This document shows, piece after piece, positions 1 to 11,624 of a stretch of 64,000 nt of DNA. The stretch is from NCBI GenBank assembly GCA_001662655.1, contig KV460259.1; one strand, 5' to 3'. How positions within the stretch are numbered: position 1 is the first letter of the stretch; every line of letters starts with the position of its first letter. Both the position numbers and the translations under genes were made by a program. The DNA is from Pseudogymnoascus verrucosus. Taxonomy: Eukaryota. The notes under the pieces are model-generated. The model worked only from the letters and a program-made list of their open reading frames with translations. It was not told where the DNA came from and made no database searches.

Positions 1-1
1 C

Positions 2-223
2 GCACCGCAGGCTGCTGGTGTTATCCACGGCGACTTTGAGCGTGGGTTCATCAAGGCTGAGGTCGTTGCTTACCAGGACTTCCATGACCTGTGCAATGGG
101 GAGAAGTCGATGGCTCCGATTAAGGCAGCGGGGAAGTATAGGCAGGAGGGGAAGACTTATGTTGTCCAGGATGGTGATATTATTCACTTCCAGTTCAATG
201 TTGCGCCGCCGAAGAAGAAGTAG
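2..223 (+). CDS. Obg-like ATPase OLA1/YchF family, C-terminal TGS domain (5' truncated by window edge)
   Basis: Frame 2 reads [24 protein letters not shown]...[32 protein letters not shown], the characteristic YchF/OLA1 C-terminus; TAG at 221-223. Confidence 0.9.
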   Translation, partial: APQAAGVIHGDFERGFIKAEVVAYQDFHDLCNGEKSMAPIKAAGKYRQEGKTYVVQDGDIIHFQFNVAPPKKK

Positions 224-1114
224 AGTAGAAGTAGAAGCTGTGTGGAAAAGTTTTGTCTGCTTGTTGGTGATTTGAAAATCTAGATATCCATTTGTTAGAA
301 TAGAGTTATGCTAGAGCAAAAGAAATGTTGTGGCTTTCTGGTGCCAATATGGTGCGTGATCATAAGGGGACTTGCGGGTTCTTAGATGAGGTTAACTAAG
401 CTCACAAACCAATCACAGCGACCACAGTTCAGGGAGGATAAAATAGGCATAAATCCATAAATTCATAACCGCCAACTCATGATCACACAATCTCGAAGTT
501 TACATACAACAACCCATCCCCACGCCCCTTTTCCCCAGGGGCTCCATCCCACATCCCCCAAATTATCTTGGGAAGCCCAGCTCCCCATACCCCCCTCCAC
601 AATCCCATTCCGCCACCAAGAGGGGAAAATAGATAGCCTCTCAGCGACGCACAACCCGCAGCAATTTCATGCCCCTGGTATCCGCAACCCCTCAATCAAG
701 AAAAAAGCGTAGACTTTGCATCCACCACTCCCACCATTACCGCGCTCCAGCATCACACGCAAAAAAAGAAAAAGGTGTACAAAAAGTAAGATGCATCAAC
801 AGCATCCATGACGACCCCCCTGCAATCTCTCGCCGACGTACTAGCGCCATGTCCTGTTCCATTCCATCCCACGCACGCACGCACGCTTTCCCACAAGTAA
901 AATAACGAGCGTCTCGGAGCGGGAAAATCAAGCTAAATAAGACAAAAAAACGGGTTCGAGTAATAAGGAAAAGGCCTGAAAAGGCGTGTTCTAAGTGGGT
1001 TATTTGCGTGACATCGTGGCCGTGTGGACGGTATGTGTGTGTGTTTTCTACCTCGTGGTATTCGATTCGCTCCCCGTTCAATTTTTTTCCGCTGTTGTTA
1101 ATGGTGATGATACA

Positions 1115-4100
1115 CTACTGCACGCTCTGTCTGCTCGTCGCGCCTGGTCGCTGACCAGGACCGGGCGTGTAGCTTCGCGTTCCCTGCGAGAGGCGGTTGC
1201 GCACAGAGCTTGTGGGTGTGTGTGCGAGGTGTCCCACATCATGGAGTCCTATAACAATCATTAGCAACCACTCTCCCTACAACACGGCTTCTCGGAGTTC
1301 AAACTCACCATCACAGCACGCCCTCACATTCTCCAGCCTATCACTCTCACGATCCTGCTTCTCAATCATCGCCCTCACATCCTCGGCACTATCATGCACC
1401 TCGCTAGCCTCATATATACTATTCTGGCCCGTGCTCTGCCTGCTCCGCCGTGCACTGTACACCTCCCCATTGCTCGTGCGCCAGTAGTTGCTCAGTCGCG
1501 AGACCACCGACCCGCGCGACGCGGCGGTGCCATTGTACGGCGTGTTGTTTAGAGTCGGGCGCTCGGGGATGGCGGGTGACTCGTTGCGCGTGGCGCGGCT
1601 GTTGTAGGAGGATAGGGAGGCGGCGCCGCCGCGACGGGAAGAACGGAAGCCGGGGTTGAACTCGTCGACGTCGTCGGCTGTTAGGGCGTCGGGGGCTTCA
1701 TCGGCAGTGTCCTCGGGGGCGTCGTCGGTGCGCAGGAGGAGGTAGGAGAGGGCGTTGAACCAGATCTCGTGGTTGTGTCCTGTCTGCGCGGTGAACTTGA
1801 CCGAGCGTCCAGGGGTTAGAATGACAAGACTCTTGCGATGCAGTCCAGGCGGCATCGGGTTATCGTCTGTGACAACGCGAACGGCTTCGATGGCGACGCT
1901 CTTGGCTTTGAGCTCGCTGCGGCCAGCGGTCGAGGGGTCACGGTCGCTCCAGTACAGAGTGCGCGTGTATGGGTGGACCCAGAAGTAGCGGCGGTGGCGC
2001 GTGGATGACATGTCGCTACGGCCGGCCTTGCGGGTGTACTTCCACAGGTAGTCACCGATCATGGTCTGCGTGATCGCCTGGATCATGCGCGGGTCGGTGC
2101 CGGACGCGACGCCGGGGATTTCAGTAGGGCCGCCACGGAGGTTGAAGCGACTCTCGACTTCGGAGGCGAAGGAGGTCACTGACGAGGCGCGGGAGCGGGC
2201 TGTGATGGAGGGGTTCAGCTCAGCGCCGCCGGAGTATCTTGGACGCGGCGTAGTGCCATTCTTTGGACTGCTTGGGCCGTGGGAGCTGGACGGCGTCCTT
2301 GGACGCAGCTGCTGGGAGTTGGAATTCCTGTAGGTCGATGCAGGTAGGAGTGGAGGACCCATAATGCCCGTGTGGTTACTAGACGAAGATCCAACTCGCT
2401 GAGCTGCAGCAATGACCTGCTGGTGGTTTGGAGGCAGTGGGGGGTGTTGGCTGCTGATAGATCGGCGGTGGCTACCGGAACTCCCAGGCCTGCTGCTAGG
2501 TTGGTTCTCACGGTCAAGGCTGAGATCCAAAGCCTTAGGGCGCGTAATTCTGACACTGCTCATGCTATCCTGGGACTTCCTAACTCGGATTGTTGGAGGA
2601 ACAATGGTTCGAGAGGGCGACACTGGCTTCTGGGAGTCCTCAGTTAGGATAGCGTATTGTCGGTCGCTCTTCTTCGAGAGCATCTCATCAATCTCCTCCG
2701 ATGTAAGTGACGTCTGAGCAGTAGAGCTCGTCATATCAGGCTTTGCCTTGCTTGGAGGCCTCTCATTTGTGTTGACAGACAACTCCTTGAATGGGCGCTG
2801 CGACTCTGGCGTCTCTGCCAGCGGTGACTGGTTAGGCGACTGGCGGGTCTCGTCCTCGGCAATAAGGGGCCCGACTGGAGTTTTAGCCTTCGCCCAGTTC
2901 ATTAAGCCATTGAAGTTGTTCCCCTTGCCCTTTGGTGTCTCTGGGCTCTGGATTGAGAGCTCCTTGTCTGATTTATCTGATAGAAGGGCTCCTACCCCGA
3001 GGGCACCAGCTCCAAGAGCACCTGCCCCAAGAGCACCTGCCAAGAGGTGATTGTGTGCTGGGCTCGGGGGCTCAATTGGCTCTGTTGACGTAGAGGTGAT
3101 GGATGAGAATGCCAAGGCAATGGGAGTAACTGGTCGCGGTGGTGTGACAGGTCTGACTACAGGAGAAATCGGCTCGGTCTCAGTATTTGACACAGATGAG
3201 AACGCGAAAGCCACAGGCGTCACTGGTCGCGGTGGTGTGACGGGTCTGATGACAGGAGAAATTGGCTCGGTCTCAGTATTTGACACAGATGAGAACGCGA
3301 AAGCCACAGGCGTCACTGGTCGCGGTGGTGTGACGGGTCTGACGACAGGAGAAATCGGCTCGGTCTCAGTGTTGGACACAGATGAGAACGCGAAAGCAAC
3401 AGGCGTCACTGGTCGCGGTGGTGTGACGGGTCTGATAACAGGGGAAATTGGCTCGGTCTCAGTGTTCGACACAGATGAGAATGCGAAAGCAACCGGCGTC
3501 ACTGGCCTCTTCACAGGCGACTCAGGTTCCGTAGCCGTATGACCAATGGAAGAGAACGCCATGTTCATCGGGGCCACGACCGGCTCGACTGGGCTAATAG
3601 GTTCCGTCTCCATAGCCCCAATATTCGAGATCGCCATCTTAATCGGCGTGACAGCCCTTTCAACAGGCTCAATCGGTTCAGTATCCAGAGCATCAATAGG
3701 CACAAACGCAAGCTTGACAGGCGTAACCGGGCGCAGAACCGGACTAACAGGCTCCATAGCCACAGCCTCGATGCCCGAAAACTCCATCTTCACAGCCGTC
3801 GCCGGCCTCTCAATGGGCTCCGTCTCTGTCCCCTCAATCGGCGCAAACACAAGCTTGACAGGTGTAGGTGCGTGCAGAACTGGGCTTAGCGGCTCAGTGT
3901 GCGACGACCCGATAGACGAGAACGCCATCTGCACCGGCGTGGCAGGCGCAGGGATAACGGGCTCCATATCCTCTGCCTGGATGGTAGAGATGCTCAATGG
4001 TGGAAGAGGCGCGGAACGCGTAGGGGGTGTAGGGAACTGAGCCAAGCTCTCGCTGAGGTCGCCGGCCTGAGTGCTGACGTCGCTCATCACGGATAGACGG

Positions 4101-6390
4101 TTATCGGCAAACAGGTGTCCGGCCTCCACGAGCCCGGCGCCTGCTAGGCCGCTGGCAATGATTGGAATGGCGCTCTGGGGCGTCGCTGGCGCGGGCTCCC
4201 AGTCGTCGGTCATCATGCTCGAATCCACCATAACCGGCTTTGGCAGCGCTGGAACAGGGGGAATGTCGAGGGCAGACATACGCGCGGACGCGCCGCCAGG
4301 AGTACCACCGGGCGTGATACTGCGGTTCCGTCCAGGTGTCATGCCACCGACGCTGGAGCCCATAGCGGACTCATCATCGCTGCCACCAAGGTCGCCAAGT
4401 TCTGCGAACAGACTCTGGCTCGGCTGCTGAGGCGTGCCGCTGTTGCTTGCGGCGGGGCTGCTATCGATAGAAGGCTCTTCGCTGGCGATACGATCGCGAC
4501 GGCTTGATCCACGGCCCATGCGAAGACGGAGGCGCTGGGGTTGGGACTGGACCGGTGTCCTGACGTCCTCGTAGCTGTACTCGTCGCCTGAAGTGGAGGC
4601 AGTGCTGAGGAAGGAGCTTCGCTTCGCGGCCATGTTAAGGGGTGCTGGGCGGCCGCGAATGGTGCTGACGTTTGCGCCGCTCTCGGTCTCGGTCAGCTCA
4701 TCACTGTCAGTGTTACCCTCATTGCCAGTGTGGAAGTCGTCGGTCTCGGTGCCGCGCTCGTTGGCTGTCTCGAAGGCGTCGCTGGTCTCGTTGCTGGTCT
4801 CGAATTGGTCGCTGGACTCGGCGTAGCCGCCGGGCATTGAGGCAACGCGAGCCGAAGCAGCGCGTGTAGGGCTACTCTCGCCATCTTGGTCTTCCCATTG
4901 GGCATCATCCATGGATATTTCGCTCCTGCTATTGCGGAGAGCGCCAAGTTGGCCCTTCGAGGGCTTCTTGAACTCCTTGGAGTCCATTTTGCGACTCTTT
5001 TTGATGGAGCCTGAAGCGGCATCGTTGCGGCGAATGTCCAGTTCGTCCCTGGCATCTTGAAGCATCCGCTTAAGTTCCAATTTCTCTGTCTTTTCGCGGT
5101 GAATGTTGCCCTTTAGACTCTGAATCATTCGGTGTGCGTGATGCAGCGAGCTCTTCAGAGTTTCCGCCTCGAGATGGCTATGGCGCGGGGTCATTTTAGT
5201 CGGCGATGGTGGTGGAGAGTGCTCAGGTGTGACGTTGTCATCTGCGGTCTCGAAGTCTTCGTCTGTGGCATCCTGGCTCTCTTGTTCATCTGCAATACCA
5301 CGCTGGCGTGCAACGGCCATGGCAAGCTCATGGTTCTGGCCAGTCAAGTCTTCAATCTTGCGCTGGAGCGCTCCTCGCTCGTTCTCGACCATGGCCATGT
5401 TCCGCTTGAGTCCTCCAAGCTCCGTATCATGGAGTTTCACCGCTGCTGCGTGAGTCTCGGATAGCTTGGAGTGGCTCAGCTTCATTTCGTCAAGGTCCTT
5501 CTGGGCAGTTGTCTTCTGGGCTTGGAGTGCATTCAAGCTTTGAGTGAGCTTCTTCTCGCGATCAGCTGCTTCTTTCGCGGTTGCGATATGGTCGTGTAGC
5601 TGGGTCTCAAGACTCCAATTCTCATCCTTGTAACGCTGTTCGCTTTCGTCGAGAGCTCGTAATCTCTGGTTGAATCCCTCGGCCTCTGCCTCCAGACGTG
5701 CCTTTTCCGTATTCACAGTTCGTAGAGATTCTTCCTTTTCAGCCAGAAGCGCTTGTAGGTGACGGACTTGTGACAAGAGAGAGGTAGAGATCTCGGTTGC
5801 AAATTCGATATCGTGAACTCGGTTTGAGGGCTGGTTTCTCTGCTTGCGGTTTGGTACGCTGAGCTTGGATGGCGAGGCGGTAGCTTGGCTTTCGAATTTC
5901 GAAGGGCTCACGGAACGCTGTATGAATGATCAGTATATGAATTGTAAGTGAATGGAAGATCGCATACCTTGCCCTGAACTGGAAATGGAGATTCAGCCAT
6001 CTCGCTGCTCGACACCCTGGACTTTGGCAGAAACGCCCGCGCGCTCTCGCGGCCGACCTCATTGTACTCCTTCTCGATGTCCACCAACTTCTGCCTCAGC
6101 TCCGGCGTGATCTCACCCTCATCCTGCTCCTTCTCGATCTCCTTCAATCGGTCCGCGAGTTCCTTTCGCTGCTGAACGAGCGTCGTGCCCAGCTTCGACG
6201 CGTCCCGTATCCTACGTTCGGTCTCGGCGAGATGTGCCTCCAATGCCCGCTTTGCTTGTTCTGGAGATGTGGTTGGGCCGAGCGCGAATAGCTGATTGTC
6301 GAAGTTGGAGTAGCGGTGACTCGTGCTCGACGTGAAAGGGTCTCCTGCAGCCATGTCGGCGTATGGTTGTTCGGCGTCGGTTGCTGCCAT
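1115..6390 (-). CDS. apsA: Nuclear migration / cortical anchor protein ApsA (Num1 family): N-terminal coiled coil, internal repeats, C-terminal PH domain
   Basis: Exons 6390-5968, 5917-1309, 1248-1115 (GT-AG introns 5967-5918 and 1308-1249 restore GKRSVSPSKF and CCDGLHDVG). Coiled coil HDIEFATEISTSLLSQVRHLQ; Num1/Mcp5-type PH domain TMIGDYLWKYTRK...RHRRYFWVHPYTRTLYWS. Confidence 0.9.
3110..3505 (-). repeat. Coding tandem repeat, 93-bp (31-aa) unit, about 4 near-identical copies inside apsA
   Basis: RPVTPVAFAFSSVSNTETEPISPV(I/V)RPVTPP repeated; GAGAACGCGAAAGC recurs at 93-bp spacing; more degenerate copies extend to about 3970. Confidence 0.9.
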
Positions 6391-7778
6391 GATGTCGCCG
6401 GCGGAGGTCCCAGTCCTTTAAATGAGCTTCCTGTGCCTCCCCGAAACTGGATCAGGCACAAGGAGTCGCTCGCGTTTTGTTTGCTGCCTGTCTGGCCCTA
6501 CGGGAAGCTGTGCATGGGTTGCGTTTGCGAATTGGCGGATTGGTCTCGTTCTTCACAATGACGACCTGGCCAAGGGCGTGGTTTGTCGTTGTGGTGAGGG
6601 CTGTGTTGTTTGTGCGAGTCGGGATGGCCGTGGTCGTGTAATATTGGCGTAGCGTTTGTTGTCGCTGGCGGTAGATCGATCGACCAACCACACAGAACGC
6701 GTAGATGACGCGGGAAGAGTTTTATATTAATTTCCCCAATATTCGTTCACGGGTGATCGTCTCAGATTCTGTGATTGTCTTTTTGAGTCAGTGAATGAGG
6801 AGAGTCACGGACAGAGCGATGGTCGTAGAAGCGCGTCAAGGGCGAGAGAGAGTAGCCGACAGATTGCCATTACACAATTACACATGCAGGCAGTAGAAAC
6901 AGGACAACATATTGGAAGCGAGAGACACAGACAGCAGCGAACAGCTCAGCTCAGCTATATCACAAGACATTTTAATTCTATTTTTCTACAGATTCCCCAC
7001 GTTCCATGTTTTATGTTTATGTGGAGTAAGTACCAGTATGAGTAAAAGTGCAGGAGGAGAGAAGACTCGACCAACCCATAAGGCCGAGTTGTCTCCATCT
7101 CATGTCAGAAGAGTAAACAGAAATCTATTGGCTGGGGGAGTGTTTGTTTTGGCGATCGTGAATTCTTGCATTGATATCGCAATCTCGCCAGTTTGTAGCA
7201 GTTCCACCAGTATCTCGTTAGCTTGTTAGCTTCAGCTGGTGCCAGGGGGGGGATCCTCAATATCCTTGGTCGCGTCCCACTGAGACCTTGATATGACAGA
7301 CCTTCCAGAACTATCCAGAGACTTTTCAAAAGGCCAGAATGTCAATACTGTCGCTGTCTGACGATTCTACAGCTGCACCGTAACAATTCCAACTAAAATT
7401 CGGTGGCAGCGATAGAAAATAATGAAAAGTTCGTCTGATGTTTACAGTAGATTGTATGGGGGTCCTACTATTTTCTTGGTGAAGGGATGAGGGTCGTGAT
7501 GAAGGGTTGTACTTGGTACAACAGTAGGGTACTAGGGGTATATTAGGGACAGAGGTACCAAGTTACATACATACAAATGTAAACAACGGACGGAAAATAC
7601 AACTACCGAACCGCGCGTTTGATTGGCTGATATTTATCTAACTTTTATTACATAAGCGTTCCACTTTTCCACAAGGCTCTGGAACTCTTATTCAGCCTCG
7701 AGGCTATCCCATCGCCATCCCAAGAACAAACACAAGGGGAACATCTCCCCAATCCACCAGAACCCTCAACCACGCACC

Positions 7779-8810
7779 ATGGAAGCACCAACCTCACCTC
7801 CCAAAGCTGCAGAAGAAGCACCCGCCCCAGTAGCCCTCTTCAAAAAGCGCACCAACAAGAACAAATCCAACATCCGCAAGCGACCCGCCACTCCCCCTCC
7901 AGCCGGCTCCGATTCCGACGACTACTCCTCCTCAGAAGATGAAGCAGGCCACAAGATAAAGCGCCGCAAGCGCAATACCGGCACAATAACCGCATCTTCC
8001 AAACCCACCGCCTCCTCCACCGCCGAAATCACACCCGCCGCCCACGCCGCTTCCCGCGCAGGCATCACCAGCGCCAACGACGCCACCAAGACGACCGAGT
8101 GGTTCGATGAGCGCCCGCCCTCTCTCTCTAGCAAGCAGCTCCTAGGCAGCACGCGCGCCCTTCCCGAAGCTCCAGATGGAACATACAAAGGCCTCGCGGC
8201 ACAGAAACAGACGACGTTCATCCAGCGCAATCCCGACGCGCCGAATCGCAACATCGGGCCCATCAAAGCCCCGACCAACATCCGCACCATCACCGTGACG
8301 GACTTTGCGCCGGATGTGTGTAAGGACTACAAGACGACGGGGTTCTGTGGGTTCGGGGATAACTGCAAGTACCTGCATGCGCGCGAGGATTATAAGGCGG
8401 GGTGGCAGCTGGATAAGGAGTGGGAGACTGTGACGAAGGGGAAGAAGAATATTGGCGGGACGACGGTGGCGAGGGCGGGACGGGGGGCGGCAGAGGAAGA
8501 GGAGGAAGCTGATGAGGATGCGGAGTTGGAGGGCGTGCCGTTTGCGTGTATTATTTGTCGCGAGGGGTATAAGCATCCGGTTGTGACGCGGTGCGGGCAC
8601 TACTTCTGCGAGGCGTGTGCGCTGGGGAGGTATAGGAAGGATCCGAGTTGTGCGGCGTGTGGGTCGGGGACGGGAGGGGTGTTTAATGTGGCGAAGGGGC
8701 TGAAGAAGTTGTTGGATCGGAAGAGGGAGGCTGCTGCGAAGAGGAGGGAGAGGGCGATTGAGGCTGGGGAGGAGGTTAGTGAGGATGAGGAGGAGGGGAT
8801 GGAAGGATGA
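7779..8810 (+). CDS. CWC24: Pre-mRNA splicing factor Cwc24 (CCCH zinc finger + RING)
   Basis: Intronless 343-aa ORF; GPIKAPTNIRTITVTDFAPDVCKDYKTTGFCGFGDNCKYLHAREDYKAGWQLDKEW and RING CIICR...CGHYFCEACA...CAAC. Confidence 0.95.
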   Translation: MEAPTSPPKAAEEAPAPVALFKKRTNKNKSNIRKRPATPPPAGSDSDDYSSSEDEAGHKIKRRKRNTGTITASSKPTASSTAEITPAAHAASRAGITSANDATKTTEWFDERPPSLSSKQLLGSTRALPEAPDGTYKGLAAQKQTTFIQRNPDAPNRNIGPIKAPTNIRTITVTDFAPDVCKDYKTTGFCGFGDNCKYLHAREDYKAGWQLDKEWETVTKGKKNIGGTTVARAGRGAAEEEEEADEDAELEGVPFACIICREGYKHPVVTRCGHYFCEACALGRYRKDPSCAACGSGTGGVFNVAKGLKKLLDRKREAAAKRRERAIEAGEEVSEDEEEGMEG

Positions 8811-8843
8811 AAGGTGGGGGAATGCAATGCTATAATTTTAAAA

Positions 8844-9001
8844 GATAGAGACTGGGGAGGCCAGTAGGGATAGAGGCTGTGGAGGATGTCGCTCGGGATA
8901 GTGCCTGGGGAGGAGGTCATTATTGATAGAGGCTGGGGGAGAAGCTTAGTGATAATAGACGCTAGGAAGGGGGTCAATAGGGATAGAGGCTCAAAAAGAG
9001 G
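8844..9001 (+). repeat. Degenerate ~28-bp minisatellite (6 copies) downstream of CWC24
   Basis: Core GATAGAGGCTGGGGAGG variants start at 8844, 8869, 8897, 8925, 8954, 8982. Confidence 0.65.
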
Positions 9002-9585
9002 TCTGTGAATATGATGAGGAATGCGTATCTATCATGTATTTACTTAATTTCAACTTTTACAAAAACAAATTATTAATTTTACGGTGAAATAAATAGAATA
9101 TTAAGAAAAATATAGGAAAATATATGACCAATTGTTTTTACCATACCCCCTTTCCGTTTATATTTTCGGATGGCCCTGTATGGTATAAATTATGTGTCAA
9201 TAAAAATATCTTCCACATAACGATCATAGACCCGACAGTATTAACATCCCGGCAGTTGACAACACCACAAACGAGGTTAGTGAAGACGGGATCTGACCCT
9301 AGAATTACGCAGAAGGGTGGTCAGCTTCTACAGTAAGGGTCCCCATAAAGTTCAATCCTGTTGACTTTCGGTGGACTTCGGTGAATAAACGGGAAACCAA
9401 CTAGACACCTTCCGTTTCTATCTCTAGATTAGGCAAAATAGTTATAGTCACATGAAACTGAATGTTGTTTAATCCGTTATAATTTTAATATGCTCTATAG
9501 AGGTACAGAATAAGAATAGTAAGAAAAGTCTCTAAACACTAAAAGATGGTCTCGAACAATAGCCTCCAACATCGCCTCCAACAAA

Positions 9586-10293
9586 CTAGACCTTAACATG
9601 GATATAGTTGAACGTGCTCTTGGGAACCGTGCGTGTGCCATAGGCCCTATAGTTTTTGTAGTTGTACTCCTCGATAGTCACCGTATTGCCAGAGACTTTA
9701 GTAACCCAAGCGACGTGTCCAGCAGACCCAGCATTGCTCTGCGCGATGCATCCCGGGACGGGCTTGTTATCTACACGGACGCCAGTCTTGCGCGCAGCCT
9801 CGTCCCAAGAATTGGCATTACCCCATGCAGCGCCCTTGTACTTGTTGTGGAAGTTGATACCGAGGCGCTCATTGATGCGCCAGGCAACAAAGCTGGTGCA
9901 TTGGCACTTGAAATAGTTCCATTTGTCGGCAGGGCCGCACTGGCTCTTGTACGGGTAATCGTTCGTGACGGGGCCGGGGATCTTGCCGCTGCTGCCACCG
10001 CCACCGGTGCCGCCGCACTTGGGCTTCACGTACCCGTTGGTGCCGGTCTTGACGTAGTAGTCGGCGACGTAGCAGCCGTCGGTGGTTTTGTCCCAGATGC
10101 TGTTTCCGCTGACGACGGGGCCTTCGCTTTGGCAGCTGATTGTGACGCTGTCGCCTTTCTTGTAGGTTTTCTTCACGGCGTAGCTGGTGCCGGGGCCGGA
10201 GCGACAGTTGACGGTTGTGCCGGTGATGGGGTAGGCGAGGGTGCCTGTTGATAGAAATGCTGCGGTGCAGGCGACGAGACTGAGGAGCTTCAT
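9586..10293 (-). CDS. Secreted SH3-like cell-wall-binding domain + CHAP domain protein (putative peptidoglycan amidase/endopeptidase)
   Basis: Intronless 235-aa ORF: signal peptide MKLLSLVACTAAFLSTGTLA; SH3b-like module VNCRSGPGTSY...IWDKTTDGCYVADYYVKTG; Gly linker; CHAP motifs QCTSFVAWR (Cys), WGNANSW, GHVAWV (His), IEEYNY (Glu). Confidence 0.88.
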   Translation of the reverse strand: MKLLSLVACTAAFLSTGTLAYPITGTTVNCRSGPGTSYAVKKTYKKGDSVTISCQSEGPVVSGNSIWDKTTDGCYVADYYVKTGTNGYVKPKCGGTGGGGSSGKIPGPVTNDYPYKSQCGPADKWNYFKCQCTSFVAWRINERLGINFHNKYKGAAWGNANSWDEAARKTGVRVDNKPVPGCIAQSNAGSAGHVAWVTKVSGNTVTIEEYNYKNYRAYGTRTVPKSTFNYIHVKV

Positions 10294-10360
10294 TGTGGAT
10301 GAGGTGGAGAAGATGTGGTGGTGTATAATAAAGCTGGATTGAGGAAGATGGAAATGTTAT

Positions 10361-10437
10361 TGTGATTGTGGTTGTGAGTGTGAATGTGAATGTGAATGTG
10401 AATGTGAATGTGAATGTGAATGTGATTGTGGTTGTGA
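10361..10437. repeat. (TGAATG)n hexamer microsatellite in the 5' leader of the CHAP gene
   Basis: About 7 perfect TGAATG units flanked on both sides by TGTGATTGTGGTTGTGA. Confidence 0.9.
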
Positions 10438-11293
10438 CTGTTTAAAAAAGATGCCAATGGGGTTGTCGCGACCTCTTTATAATAGATGCATGAATAGCTG
10501 TGCCCGACATGAAGAAGAGATAGAAGAGAAAGATGAGGTTGAAAATACAGAAGAGACCGAAAAATGCCTTGCCGTCGCCTCCCCAAGACTTTAATTTTAC
10601 AACTTAATCCTTAACCCAGGCCTCTCATATCAATAGCTGCATAGTTTAATAGAAGAATGCCTTACCATATCCTCAGTAGCAATTTTATTTTTCAGCTTCA
10701 TCTCTAGACTTCGCCTCAACGGGAAGGTTTGTACAGAAAGAAATGGTTCAAGACAGCCAGCCGCACGTGTGAAATGGCCGAATCTTCTGCAACAAACGAC
10801 CGAAACCAGAACCAGAAGAGGGAGGGCGCACTACTATGCTATCCTTGGCGACGATTTCATTTCCGAGCTTATTCAATAGACTTCGCCTCAATGGCATGGC
10901 ACACAGTGTGTCTCCCGTTTCTTCAGCGCAGTGGTGAGAGGGGACGAAGAGGACGTTGTGGGTCTAGAACTATAGCTAGGGCGTTATTATTTCGTGGAAG
11001 GGACCGCGCCGATCTGTCAGTCAGACGGGAGAACACATTGTACGCATCAAGCTTATTTAGAGGGGCACTAACGGCGATTAAAAACCGATCTAACCTAAAG
11101 AAGTATGAATTACTGTAGATCCTACCCCATCAAACTCTATTTTAAGCAAAAAATGTGGCGCACGTGTAATTTGTGTGGTCGCAGTGGCAGTGCTAGAAGC
11201 TGGGGAGAACATAATACTCCGATCGCTTATGCGAATGATCACCATCGTCGGATTAGAATTAAGCCTGCGGCTAAACAAGCATGTATCCGTCGC

Positions 11294-11450
11294 GAGGCTT
11301 TTCGAGAAGCGATGTGGAAATATTCCCCGTTTGTGAGGCTTTCCGAGATGAGAAGCTGAACATTGCCCCTTTTCAAGGCTTTCAGGAACAGAAGCTCCCT
11401 GGACATGGCTCTATCACGAGGCTTTTCGAGACAGGAAGCTGTCCGAACAT
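11294..11450 (+). promoter_or_regulatory. Four-copy degenerate ~41-bp repeat in the shared CHAP/GH24 upstream region
   Basis: RAGGCTTTYCGAGA-like core followed by GAAGC starts at 11294, 11335, 11375, 11418. The repeat is seen directly; a regulatory role is inferred from position. Confidence 0.55.
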
Positions 11451-11624
11451 CAAGTACAAATAGACCACTACTTTCCGTTCATTCTCTCTATCATCAATCC
11501 AAAGCATCAACTCATCAGCTCATCCACTCACCAACTCATCTACTCATCTACTCATCCATCCATTAACTCATCAACTCAATCCCCTTTCAAGATATATCTT
11601 TATACTCTTACCACCTTATTCACC

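Noticed and set aside
3051..4430. Several plus-strand ORFs of 120-165 aa with repeats (GVTGRGGVTG...)
   Set aside because: Antisense shadows of the apsA repeat region; no independent gene signals.
8844..11450. Repeat-plus-variable-linker arrays (8844-9001, 11294-11450) superficially like CRISPR
   Set aside because: Eukaryotic context, degenerate short cores, linkers too short, no cas genes.
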